From: Halocafeteria seosinensis
Lineage: Eukaryota
DNA: 40,037 bases
Assembly: GCA_001687465.1 (NCBI GenBank)
Contig: LVLI01000115.1
Span: forward strand, 1-40,037
Direction: 5' to 3'
Positions 10,545 to 20,659 of the stretch are shown in pieces (positions within the stretch are counted from its first letter, which is position 1; every line of letters starts with the position of its first letter). The notes beneath the pieces were generated by a model. The model saw nothing but the letters and a program-made list of their open reading frames with translations, was not told the DNA's origin and searched no databases. Both the position numbers and the translations under genes were made by a program.

Positions 10545-11985
10545 ATATAGCCTCTCTTACAGCCCTCCGTCATACGCAACCACCTCGACAGTCTACTGGG
10601 AAGGCTGCACACACAAGCGATGAGTGGCATGAAACGAGCACCTAGCGAAACCTACCCATCTTTGGAGAGCAACTGCCATGTCATTCCATCCTTACACAAA
10701 TATGATGGAACGTGTTTGCTCGAGGCTCTGACGTCAGACCGGCCGAGGACTCGGCGAGGAGTCTTATTACTGCTTCACAAAAGTTCCGTGCGAACTGGGT
10801 ACTACCCGTGGCCCACGGGCCGCAATAATGTCCATTGTGACCGAAACTAGCGACGAAAGGCTCGAAAAGCAATGTTGTCTTGAGTTGTTATTAGTACGAG
10901 TCATGGCAGCAATGTTCGAACGACGCACATTCGATGAGGAGGAAGCTGTTCACAACTCTCGACTCCACAATCATTTACATACGTTATGTTCATTTGCACC
11001 CAAGGACCTACGTATCTGCGGTACCGCGCTGCAGTTCTTAAGGGCCGGGAAATTCGCAGAGTCCCCGACTTGAGATTGAGATATGCCGAAGGTAAGTTGT
11101 CAGTGTGAGTTTAGAAGCCGCATGTCTTGTCCAAAGGTTTGTGGCCTTAGAAGCCGCACGTGCTCTCCCTGACGTTGCACCCAGCGTTGCCGCCTCATTC
11201 TTCGCTCTTCGTACGACCCTGAGTGTAGAGCCCCATCCATGAAGCAAAACGGTAAGTCCTGGAACAGTTGCTGAAACCACACCGAAATGCAATCATCGTG
11301 ACAGCAACCTTTAGAGTGTACAGAATATCTCATTACCAATACATGTAACGTGTAACATGTGGTACCGCAAGCTTTACATTATGTATATCTCTATAAGGTG
11401 TTGGTTTTTGTGTTGACCACACCAGACTGAACTATAATTATCCCTGCAGTCAGGGTCAATGGCAAGGGAGGATGACTGTTCATGCCCTACCCCGTTGGTA
11501 TGTGTGAGTGTGTGTCTTCCAGAGTGGCGTGGATATCCGGCTCGAAATTCGGACCAGTCATCCCGGTCAGCGAGAAGAGGCAAGTTGTTCTTCGGGCAGC
11601 AACTTGTTTGGAAATAATTCACGAATACAATTTGGAAACATGTCCCGCTCTACCAAAAACGAGGGTGCAGTGACCGGAAAAGCCAACTTCAGATAGAAAC
11701 ACTGCCACACATGCATGTCATGGAATACCTCGTGGGTTTCTTTGTGTTATTCGACGCGCATATTGGGCTCGAGGAAATGCACAAGAAGATTAGCGACAGT
11801 GCCATGGAAGTGCATACTGTAGAACATTGCTGCTTCCTTTTGGAGATGGTGGTACGTACTAGTAGCTAGAGACGAAACAACTGGTACATGTATTCAGTGC
11901 CTGTACAATGTACAGTATTGTGACTCTCCGTACCGATATTGCCAGTCCGAGCTGTGAAAAAGGAGTCGTGGGAAATTCAGGAGAA

Positions 11986-13401
11986 TCAATTTTCGGCCGC
12001 GTCTTTCACGGGGGTGCTGAACGCAGGGGTGAGACGGGCACGGAGTGGGTCAACTTCTATGGTTTGCTTAGTCTCCGCTCCCCGATCATCCAGCTCAGTA
12101 TTCGCTTTTCTTGACTCCTCATTGCAAACAGCCTCAACATTAGGATAGGGTTCACCGAGATACGCTTTCAACACAAAATCCTCCACGTATTTGCTATCAA
12201 AGAAATAGCACATGCCGTGTTGGGTAAAGACGTTTCCAGAATTGAGAAAATGCTGTAAGATGTTGGAGCCTAGTCCATGGTGTTGGAGCACCGGCGCCAA
12301 GTCTTCAGCTTGGAGACAGTCCATCTTGCTTAGAGTACCATTCCTTATAGATTGAGTACGGGCTGCCAAAACCAGCAAAACGTCCTCAAAACAAGCGCGC
12401 ATCTTGTCACCAAACCTGTGTTTTGGATCCTCGAGAACTTCTAGTGATCCAGCGTGGGCTTTGAATGCTTTCTGAGTAAGAACAGACCTACGTAAATGTA
12501 GTAGGCTGTCTTTCGTAACAGCATTATGCGAGGGCAAAACATCGCTGAGATCGCCGAGTTTGCCTCCGATTACATGCCAAATCCAGCAAGCCAGTTCGCC
12601 TGTGATATGTCGAGTTTTGAACAGAAATTCATTCAATTCGTTCCTTTCAAGGCTTTTGAAAACTACGTTTGCGGCTTTGACACTGTCTGAGACAGCGTCG
12701 ATCTTTCCAATTCCTGCACCAGGGGAGGTGATGAGAAGTGTGTTCCAGTGTGTCGCCTCCTTCCCCAAGGAGCCCAGTAAAACCCATAGGCGAACATCGT
12801 CAGCGGGAGCCAGGTTGACATCATCGATGATAACGAACGGGCGGTGCGAACCATGCGCTGTTTCTAGGGCCGACTGTACATAGCCTGCCATCTCGGTGGA
12901 GAAGACACCCCCAACTTCGAGAGACTCTCTGAAGCAGTTGAAAAAACGATTCATCAACTTCCTATCTTTATAAGAAAGATACAGAACTGGGCCATCGAAG
13001 GCCGAAACATTTTGGGCCAAGAGCTTTGCTTCCGTGCTCTTGCCAGAATTTTTTGGTCCATACCAAATTTGAAACGGATTAAATTCAAAGGAAGGGAACA
13101 AGCCCGAGCGATATAAGTAATCGTGGCCTTCCAAGAACCACTTTCTCTCCTTCATCAGGGAAACGATTTGGGTGTCAGGAAAGGCAGGTTCGGTCTTCAC
13201 ATTCTTCATAATCATGGTGGGTAAGTGCTGCGCAATGCGGTCGTAGCCGACCATGTAGGTAACGACGAACAGAAAGACCAAAACAACAGTAGTCAAAATC
13301 GCCTTAGCATTAGACTTGTTGCTCGCGAAGTCCCAGAACTTGTCGAGGGGCGTCTGTTGCCCACCTGCTTGTCTTGCAGCTCTATTTGCCGGAGTCATCA
13401 T
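11986..13401 (-). CDS. Membrane-anchored P-loop NTPase (AAA+/archaeal-ATPase/Yme2-RNA12-like)
   Basis: N-terminal TM (AILTTVVLVFLFVVTYMV), Walker A GPKNSGKS, Walker B FVIIDD, downstream strand TLLITS and IGGKLGDL motif. Intronless 471-aa ORF. Confidence 0.75.
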   Translation of the reverse strand: MMTPANRAARQAGGQQTPLDKFWDFASNKSNAKAILTTVVLVFLFVVTYMVGYDRIAQHLPTMIMKNVKTEPAFPDTQIVSLMKERKWFLEGHDYLYRSGLFPSFEFNPFQIWYGPKNSGKSTEAKLLAQNVSAFDGPVLYLSYKDRKLMNRFFNCFRESLEVGGVFSTEMAGYVQSALETAHGSHRPFVIIDDVNLAPADDVRLWVLLGSLGKEATHWNTLLITSPGAGIGKIDAVSDSVKAANVVFKSLERNELNEFLFKTRHITGELACWIWHVIGGKLGDLSDVLPSHNAVTKDSLLHLRRSVLTQKAFKAHAGSLEVLEDPKHRFGDKMRACFEDVLLVLAARTQSIRNGTLSKMDCLQAEDLAPVLQHHGLGSNILQHFLNSGNVFTQHGMCYFFDSKYVEDFVLKAYLGEPYPNVEAVCNEESRKANTELDDRGAETKQTIEVDPLRARLTPAFSTPVKDAAEN

Positions 13402-13869
13402 GGTATATAGTACCTACCAAGGGTTGTCAGTATCTGTTTGCTGCGCTCAAACGAGAATTCTTTTCGTATCCAAACACTCGGTTATACAGTCCCACTGGCA
13501 ATTTCTACCTACCAAAACTCGACTATAGGAGAAGTTTTTCCGACTCAATAGTTTTCGGATAGCCTAACGGTGCAAAAAGACTCGGAAGTTAAGAAGTCGC
13601 CCTCACAACTTTGACCTTGAGGGGAAGCGAATCCTCTTTTCTCTAAACCTTTATACACAGACTATACTTGCAGTTCAAGACGAGCTCCTCTGTATAGAAT
13701 TCTGTTCTCCTCACAACACAGGACACCCTCTACGAAATTATGACGCGTAAAATTCCCGATGAAACCAACAGTTAAACAAACTCGATAACTTCTGGAGCCT
13801 ATCTGAGTCTGAGCTTGTGACGGCTGGTCAGCACAACCCGACGAAAAAATTGTACGGAGTTGGGAAACT

Positions 13870-14090
13870 CTTGAGGGTAGGTGGTGGGCGATGCGGTCGG
13901 TTTATGTAGGTCACGGCGAACACAAAGACCAAAACAACAGTAGCCAAGATAGCCGTAGCATTAGACTTGTCGCTAGCGAAGTCCCAGAACTTGCCGAGGG
14001 GCGTCTGTTGCCTACCTGCTTGTCCTTGCCCTCCAGCTTGTGCTTGTCCTCCAGCTGCTTTCCCTTTTCCTCCAACTGGACCTTGCATGA
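13870..14090 (-). pseudogene. Truncated, frameshifted duplicate of the 5' end of the NTPase gene
   Basis: About 150 bp (13875-14025) aligns with 13218-13375 (QQTPLxKFWDFASxKSNAxAILxTVVLVF). A 5-nt shortfall after the TY codons moves DRIAHHLP (parent DRIAQHLP) out of frame. No ATPase domain follows. Confidence 0.75.
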
Positions 14091-14967
14091 TTGCTAATGC
14101 AAGAGAATAACATAACAGAGTGCGGGTTTTCAAGGACGGATTTCATCAACGTAGCCAATCCCAACACGTTGATTATTTGGTGTGAATGCAAAGAAACCAG
14201 CAGCGCCGGGCTCCAAGCCGGGACTCGACCCGGTGCTCTCACTGCATATTAAATCGCCGCATATACATATGCTCATTCTTGATGCAACAGGCAACCAACG
14301 TATACACACAGACAAATATCTGGGTGCAGTTTTCTATTGTTAAACCTTCTCTACACATGGTTGAGAATGAGCCTAATCCATGAGGTGGGTTGTACTGCAC
14401 ATATTGCGAGATACTCCCGCAAATGGGGACAGATGACTCTCGACTCTCGCTAAACTTGCCACAACAAATTAATACATTTAGAACGACGATGTCACTACAT
14501 GTTGTGCCCGCACCCGGGGGTCTCCGGCCCCTAGTTGTGATTCCGACGACGGGGCTGTCGCCTTGTGGCTCAAGCTCAGATACGATCTCAACCATGTCTT
14601 CGCCTTCCTGAGGCAACTACACCTTCTCAGTGATTCCAACCATTACTTATTCATCGGTAAAACACACCTCTCACGAATTAGAATAGGTAGGTTCACCGTC
14701 TGTAGAAAGGCATCCGAAGTGCTCGAAGAGCAGGTAAATTTGAGCTTCAAAAGGCGCGGATGCGCTCCAACCCTCGTCCTCGTCCTCACTCATTCGGAGT
14801 CTGTACTGAGAAACTTACTGCTCTCATCTGGGCCAAGTGGCAGTTAGACTTCCCTGTGCGCTCTCAGTTCTACCGCCGTTGATGACCGTAGCGCCATAAT
14901 ACTCAAAACTTGCCCTGCAGAAAGCTCAGGTCCACACCCTGCAATACAGCCGGTGTGATTACGAATG

Positions 14968-16050
14968 TTAACAAACTCGATGCATAACAAAACACCAGCT
15001 GTAACGTACCTCAATCACCCAATTTTCATCCGTCTTGTGCTTTTTCAGCTGCCGGTGATGTGTTTGACCTTGTTCTGAAGGCTGCATTCGTTTCAACTCG
15101 GGAGGCGAAGCTTCTCGGCGTTCAAAAACACTAGCAGCCACACACAGAGGAACATAAAGCAAGGCAAATTTCAGTTTGATGACATATCGTGGTTCTACTA
15201 AATCCCAGCGAAATCCTACGATTTTGCCAGCCCCATACGTTCGACTCTTAACGACTTCTCCCGCAAAAAAATAGTCCTCAGGTAGTTTACGAATTTGGCG
15301 GAACACTCTCCATTCACCGTGCACCGCTCGTAGGATACACCAGCGTATAACTGCCAGAACAAATGCCCATGGCCAGAGAAAGACTTCATTATTTTGCCGT
15401 CTCTCTGCTTCATCCCCGTTCTCCGAACGCCAGTCTTGTATGTACCGTAGCCATTCGTTTTCCGTTACCAGACTTTGGTCACTCATGATTCTTTTCTTTC
15501 TGTCCCTGTATTCTTCCATAAGTGTCTCATACTTCTCGATTCCGTACTCTGCCAGGTGTTGCAGGAACGAGACTGTGTGTTTTAACCTGTTGCAAATCAC
15601 GTGCCTCCACGATTTGGCTGTTTGAGTGAGCCCACCACTAGGATGTTGTTGTTTCTCATCCAATTGATTTCTCTCTTCATTAACGAGTTTCCACGCGTAT
15701 CTCAAACTCTCTATCACGTTTTTCGCTTGTAACATGTTCAAATAGCGCTTCACGTTCTCCGGTGCTTGGAATGGACCCTCCCCATCTTGGGACGGAAGTT
15801 TAACCCCACGCATGTTATTGGCGTTCGATGTATCTCGTAATACCTTCCGTATCGCGGCTGCGGTTTCCTCGAGCGCTCGGAACCACGGGCGTTCCGTCAC
15901 CGCTGTTTCTCGGAAGAATTCCTCCGAGAACGAATTCTGGCGCACCAACGACGGCGCACTCAATAGTATCGCGGGAGCCTCTCCAACATGCATGGAGGTA
16001 GTGGCATTGTGGGATCCATTCCCGTACTGAGACTCTAAATTCCTCTTCAT
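14968..16050 (-). CDS. Hypothetical protein (helical/coiled-coil region plus a small SH3-like beta-barrel motif); 3' end may be spliced
   Basis: 360-aa ATG-initiated ORF with protein-like composition. GEVVKSRTYGAGKIVGFRW...YVIKLKFALLY resembles an SH3/Tudor-like barrel. Possible splice donor (GAG|GTACGT) near 15010. Confidence 0.6.
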   Translation of the reverse strand: MKRNLESQYGNGSHNATTSMHVGEAPAILLSAPSLVRQNSFSEEFFRETAVTERPWFRALEETAAAIRKVLRDTSNANNMRGVKLPSQDGEGPFQAPENVKRYLNMLQAKNVIESLRYAWKLVNEERNQLDEKQQHPSGGLTQTAKSWRHVICNRLKHTVSFLQHLAEYGIEKYETLMEEYRDRKKRIMSDQSLVTENEWLRYIQDWRSENGDEAERRQNNEVFLWPWAFVLAVIRWCILRAVHGEWRVFRQIRKLPEDYFFAGEVVKSRTYGAGKIVGFRWDLVEPRYVIKLKFALLYVPLCVAASVFERREASPPELKRMQPSEQGQTHHRQLKKHKTDENWVIEVRYSWCFVMHRVC

Positions 16051-16262
16051 GATGGACGAGAATTCCTTTCGTACGCATAAGGTACTTTGTATCTATCTAA
16101 ATTCTATTATATGTGTACCAATGGAACCGGAAAAGTCTAACAATACAGTGTGTATCGCTCATCTACATCAAATTCCCATAGAGCATGCCATCAACGGCGC
16201 ATTGATTTCGTTTCCTCTTAGAAAGAATTCCTTTCTATCTTTATCTAGCTCTATTCACCATC

Positions 16263-19249
16263 ATGAGCACAGGTTCTGACGGCAGGTAAGATAATAAGGC
16301 TTCATACACTCTGTAAAAGCGCTGTATACGTGTCCATTGGCGTATGACTAGAACGCAGTATCCCTGCTCCTGGCTTTCGAAGTCTTCCGGATGAATTCAG
16401 AGATGAATCGGAATTCACGCCGTGGCATCCACGTGCTATACACGCTATTCAGCAGCATTCCATACAGCAGCAATTGGAGGAAAGGTGCGTATATATCCCT
16501 TGCGCGCTTGCACGTTGGAGCCAGTGTATGCATACGCGCCTACTGACTGATTTTTCATCGAGATTCGCAGAGAGCATGAATACACTGATTTCCATAAAAT
16601 AAGGATATATACAGGCACATGGAATGTGGCTGGAAAATGGCCCAATGAGGACTTGGAGTCGTGGTTGAGTCCTGAGGAGACGTCCACTCGAATGGCCGAT
16701 ATATATGCTATAGGGTGCGTATTTGTCAAATTTGACGTCATTTCTGCACGTGGAATATGCCTTGTGTGTGCCTTTCTTCAGACTACAAGAGATGGTGGAC
16801 TTGACGGCGAGCAATGTCCTCATGGAGAATCAGAGTGTGAAGCGCGCGGCGCAGTGGAAGGAGCATATTTTACAGATTCTCAACACTTTAGTGGACCAGA
16901 AAGGGGGTGAACTTCCCTCGGACTTTGGGAAATACGAAGTAATTGGATGCACACATCTGGTGGGGATACTGATCTTAGTTGTCATCCGGAGCCCACTCGT
17001 GCCACACATCAGTGGGGTACTTGACAGAAATGCAGGCGTGGGAGTTATGGGAGTGATGGTATGATTCGTCCATTTATCTATTTTTGTTGCTTTCTGATGA
17101 CATTTTTGTGTTTTTCTCTGTTTAATGATTTCCAGGGAAACAAAGGTGGTACCTCCATTAGATTTAACTTATATGACACATCGTTTTGTTTTACGAGCTC
17201 CCACTTGGCTGCGAAGCGGTAAGCTTTTGTTGTATGTCGAAACCTCATGTAAATGGGTTCTTTATATAGTACTGTCGACATTCCTTCTTCAGCGGGAATG
17301 TGTCTGCCAGAAATAGCGATTTTGCGTCGATCATTAACAAGACGGAGTTCCAAGATCCGTATATTGCTACAGCAGTCCAAGACTCTGTTCCTTCTGACGA
17401 ACCTCTTCCGGATTCTATAGGAGCCTACGGGATCTTTGACCACGATGTTGTGCTATGGTTGGGTGACCTGAATTACCGAATACAGGAGAATCTGACAATC
17501 CCTGAAGTACTAGAATTGGCCAAGAAGGCACAGAAAGGCGACGAGAGCGCCTACAAGACACTACGGAACAACGACCAACTCAACATTGAAAGGGCTAGAA
17601 GGCGTACATTTCATGGATTCTTAGAAGGGACACTTACCTTCCCTCCAACATATAAATATCAACCCGGGACAAATGTCTACGAGGAACGTCCAGAGAAGAA
17701 GTCCAGAGCTCCGGCGTGGTGCGATCGCGTTCTCTGGAGAGCAGGTATAGGGTATAGAGAACACGTACGCCAAATCTGCTATAATAGATCAGACCAAGTG
17801 TCTAGTGACCACAAGCCGGTCTATGCGCTGTTCGATGTGGATGTTAGGGTAACAGACCCAGAGAAGAAAAGAGCAGTGTATTCCGACGTGTTACAGAAGG
17901 TGGACATGGAAGAAAATGCCGCGCGGCCACAAGTGCGCTTGAGTGCCACTGACATCGATATGGGAAGTATTGTTGTTGGACTTCCAAAGACTGTGACGAT
18001 AACGCTATCCAATGTCGGCTCTTCCGTTGCACCTTGGCTCTTCGTGCCCAAACTAGAAGATCAGTGGTTTGCTGCTCCATGGCTAAATGTCTATCCTCCC
18101 TATGGACTGTTGCAACGTAACCAAAGTGTAAACATTACGATTTCGGTACACTATAGCTTAGCCGTGTCCCGGGATGTCTCACTTGGTAGAACCTCGAGAC
18201 TCGATGATTTGCTCGTTCTGCGAGTAAAAGAGGGCCGTGACTATTTTCTTGCGGTGAGCGCGAACCCCCTGCCGTCTGCGTTTGGATGCAGCATTGAACA
18301 GTTGTGTCGGCGGAAGGAACCTATTCGTGATATCGCTCTTAGTGCTTTAGTCGCGTCGCAAACAAAAGATGAAACATCTCGGTCCTTCTCCAAGGATGCT
18401 GGGGAAGAAGAAGATTTATTAGGATTGGAATCGTTTGACAAACCGGAAGTGGAGACAGGAGGCTCTCCAAAGTATGGACGAGCACCAGCAACACCAACAC
18501 AAATGCTTCCAGTACCTAAAGAACTGTGGTGGCTTGTGGACGCTCTCATGAAGCGAAATGGATTAGATAAGCCCGGGATTTTCACAACCCCTGGCGATCC
18601 GCAAGAATTGGCTCAAATTAGAGAATGTTTAGACCAAGGGATGGAATTGCCCGATTTTGTATCCTCTGTATCGATTGCAGCATCGATCCTGCAGCTTGTT
18701 GTATCGCTTCGAGACCCTATCATTCCTGTCAGTTTCTTCCCAGGTCCGGACTTGAAGGCCGAACATATTCCCAAATACTGTCGTCATGTTCTCTCACGGG
18801 TAGATTCAGTACGATTTAACACTCTATTGTATGTTATCGCTTTGGCAAAGGAGGCCCTTGAAGATGTTCACCGCCAACGAAACGGGCTCACTGAGCGAGC
18901 TATGTTAATGGCTCTCTGTCGCGCCTGCATGCGCAAAGCTCCACACGACGATGCCCGCGTTCACCATTCCTTTATATCGCAGTTGGGCATAGGGGCACAT
19001 AACTCGGGATCTCCTGACGATAGAGGTTCGTATGAAGCTATTCCGGGAGGAAGGAAAAGCTTCTCCGAATCCCAAATGGAACTTATTCACAAAGGTCAAA
19101 ACAACGTAGTGCAGCAACTGTCACGGTGCTATGGAGCCGTGCAGAGAGCTGACCCAGGAACAGGATGGGAGCCAACAAGTCATGAGCAATCAATGATGAT
19201 GCAGATATTTCAATATTTCTTTTCTATGGAAAGTTTCCCGAATACATAG
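16263..19249 (+). CDS. OCRL: OCRL/INPP5B-type inositol polyphosphate 5-phosphatase (5-phosphatase + ASH + RhoGAP-like), multi-exon
   Basis: Spliced exons give GTWNVAG, IYAIG|LQEMVDL, GVMGVM|GNKGG, FCFTSSHLAA, WLGDLNYRI, FPPTYKY, PAWCDRVLW and SDHKPV. These are followed by ASH (LDDLLVLRVKEGRDYFLAV) and RhoGAP-like (VPKELWWLVDAL...GIFTTPG) regions. Predicted ATG at 16263. Confidence 0.92.
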
Positions 19250-20010
19250 AGAACCATAACGTTGTTGGTGATATATGGTTTACCCTTGGTAAGGGTTGCG
19301 TAGCCTGCCTACTAGAAGCCTTGGACGTACACTGCGACACAAAGTAGATGATACATTCGCGAATGAAGTGTTGCAGGGATAAAGCTAACGATTGACTCGT
19401 GTTTTCCTTTTGTCGTGCTCAAATGTATTCAGATACCACAGTGTATACCCGCTGGGCTCTTGGACAGAGTTTCCTCTCGAAGGATATAGGACTTGGTTTG
19501 GTTCGGACCCTGGTTCATTGAAATTGATTAAAGGAATTAGGGTTCGTCCAAGAGAGAGAATACTTCGGGCTAAGTCAAAATGCGTTACTGCTATCAATGA
19601 GTTTTCGGAGATTCATCGATGAGTATCTGATGGGATCCACGTTCTCGCAAATTTTAAGTTGAGGTTACACCTGAGTATGTTATGACATGTATCAAGAATT
19701 CATAGTTCTCTTGACTAGCAGGCACATGATTCTTTTTTGATACCATAGTGGATGACATTTGTTCAATTTTCCTTAAAAATATTATGTGCTTCCAAGGAGT
19801 GGATCCATTCTCTTCTTGTTGTACTAGTTGTATGTTGTACAACCATTAGCGTACCTGGTAAGCCTTCTCGTCTGCCGGGCCCAACGCCTGGCCCGGCCGG
19901 GCCCACTACTCCTGAAGAAGCAGTCAAATGGTATTTAAAGAGTTTTGATGCGTAAATTTAGGTCGTTTACAGAGTCTACTGATCCCAATAATCGTGGTCA
20001 GTCATAGAGG

Positions 20011-20616
20011 ATGGCGCTAGCTTACCTGTTGCGTCCGAATCTGGCGCACGTCCGAAGGAAAGGCCCGTCTCTCCGCCGATGGACCTCCACTTCTGCCTCT
20101 ATTACAGGCGCAAATAGCCCTATTCCACCTCATATATGGGCCAATACTTCAACGACGATAGAAGGGAGTCATGTCCAGCAGAGAAGCCCCATTGCGTGGG
20201 ATATGGGATACTACAGAGGTAAGACAAGGCGTGCCAGTGGGAAGTCATTATCTGGACAATTGTCATTCATTGCCCTGTTTGCAGCATTAGATGGAGATAT
20301 ATGGGACAATGTCGATAATTTTTCTACTACAGACGAAGGAACATTCTCGCAGTTGTATGCGTCCAATGTAGCCATACAAGACATACTGAGGAAGGAAGAC
20401 ATGGAGCTGCCAACAACTGGCGCGACACCAATTACGATGGAGGAAATACCAGATGAAGAGGACATACCTAGCATACAAGCCGTGAAACGGGAATATCAAC
20501 CGAGCAATAAGAAGCGAAAAAGTAGACACGGATTTTTACAACGACAGAAAACAAAAGGTGGACGACGAGTACTGAATCGGAGACGAAAAAAGGGCAGATG
20601 GTTCCTCAGCGTTTGA
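20011..20616 (+). CDS. MRPL34: Organellar (probably mitochondrial) ribosomal protein bL34 with long N-terminal extension
   Basis: C-terminal [43 protein letters not shown] is the L34 signature. The N-terminus is Arg-rich and acid-free, like a mitochondrial presequence. Confidence 0.9.
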   Translation: MALAYLLRPNLAHVRRKGPSLRRWTSTSASITGANSPIPPHIWANTSTTIEGSHVQQRSPIAWDMGYYRGKTRRASGKSLSGQLSFIALFAALDGDIWDNVDNFSTTDEGTFSQLYASNVAIQDILRKEDMELPTTGATPITMEEIPDEEDIPSIQAVKREYQPSNKKRKSRHGFLQRQKTKGGRRVLNRRRKKGRWFLSV

Positions 20617-20659
20617 AAGGGGTATGTGCGAGTAGCTGTGTTACTATTCATTTGAGAGA

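Noticed and set aside
14239..14915. Extra minus-strand ORFs or exons downstream of the 360-aa gene
   Set aside because: Could not be spliced into a convincing frame and carry no motif.
16051..16262. Heat-shock-element-like GAA/TTC repeats (agaattcctttc twice) in the divergent promoter
   Set aside because: Spacing does not match nGAAnnTTCn arrays. A bidirectional promoter is plausible, but no site can be supported.
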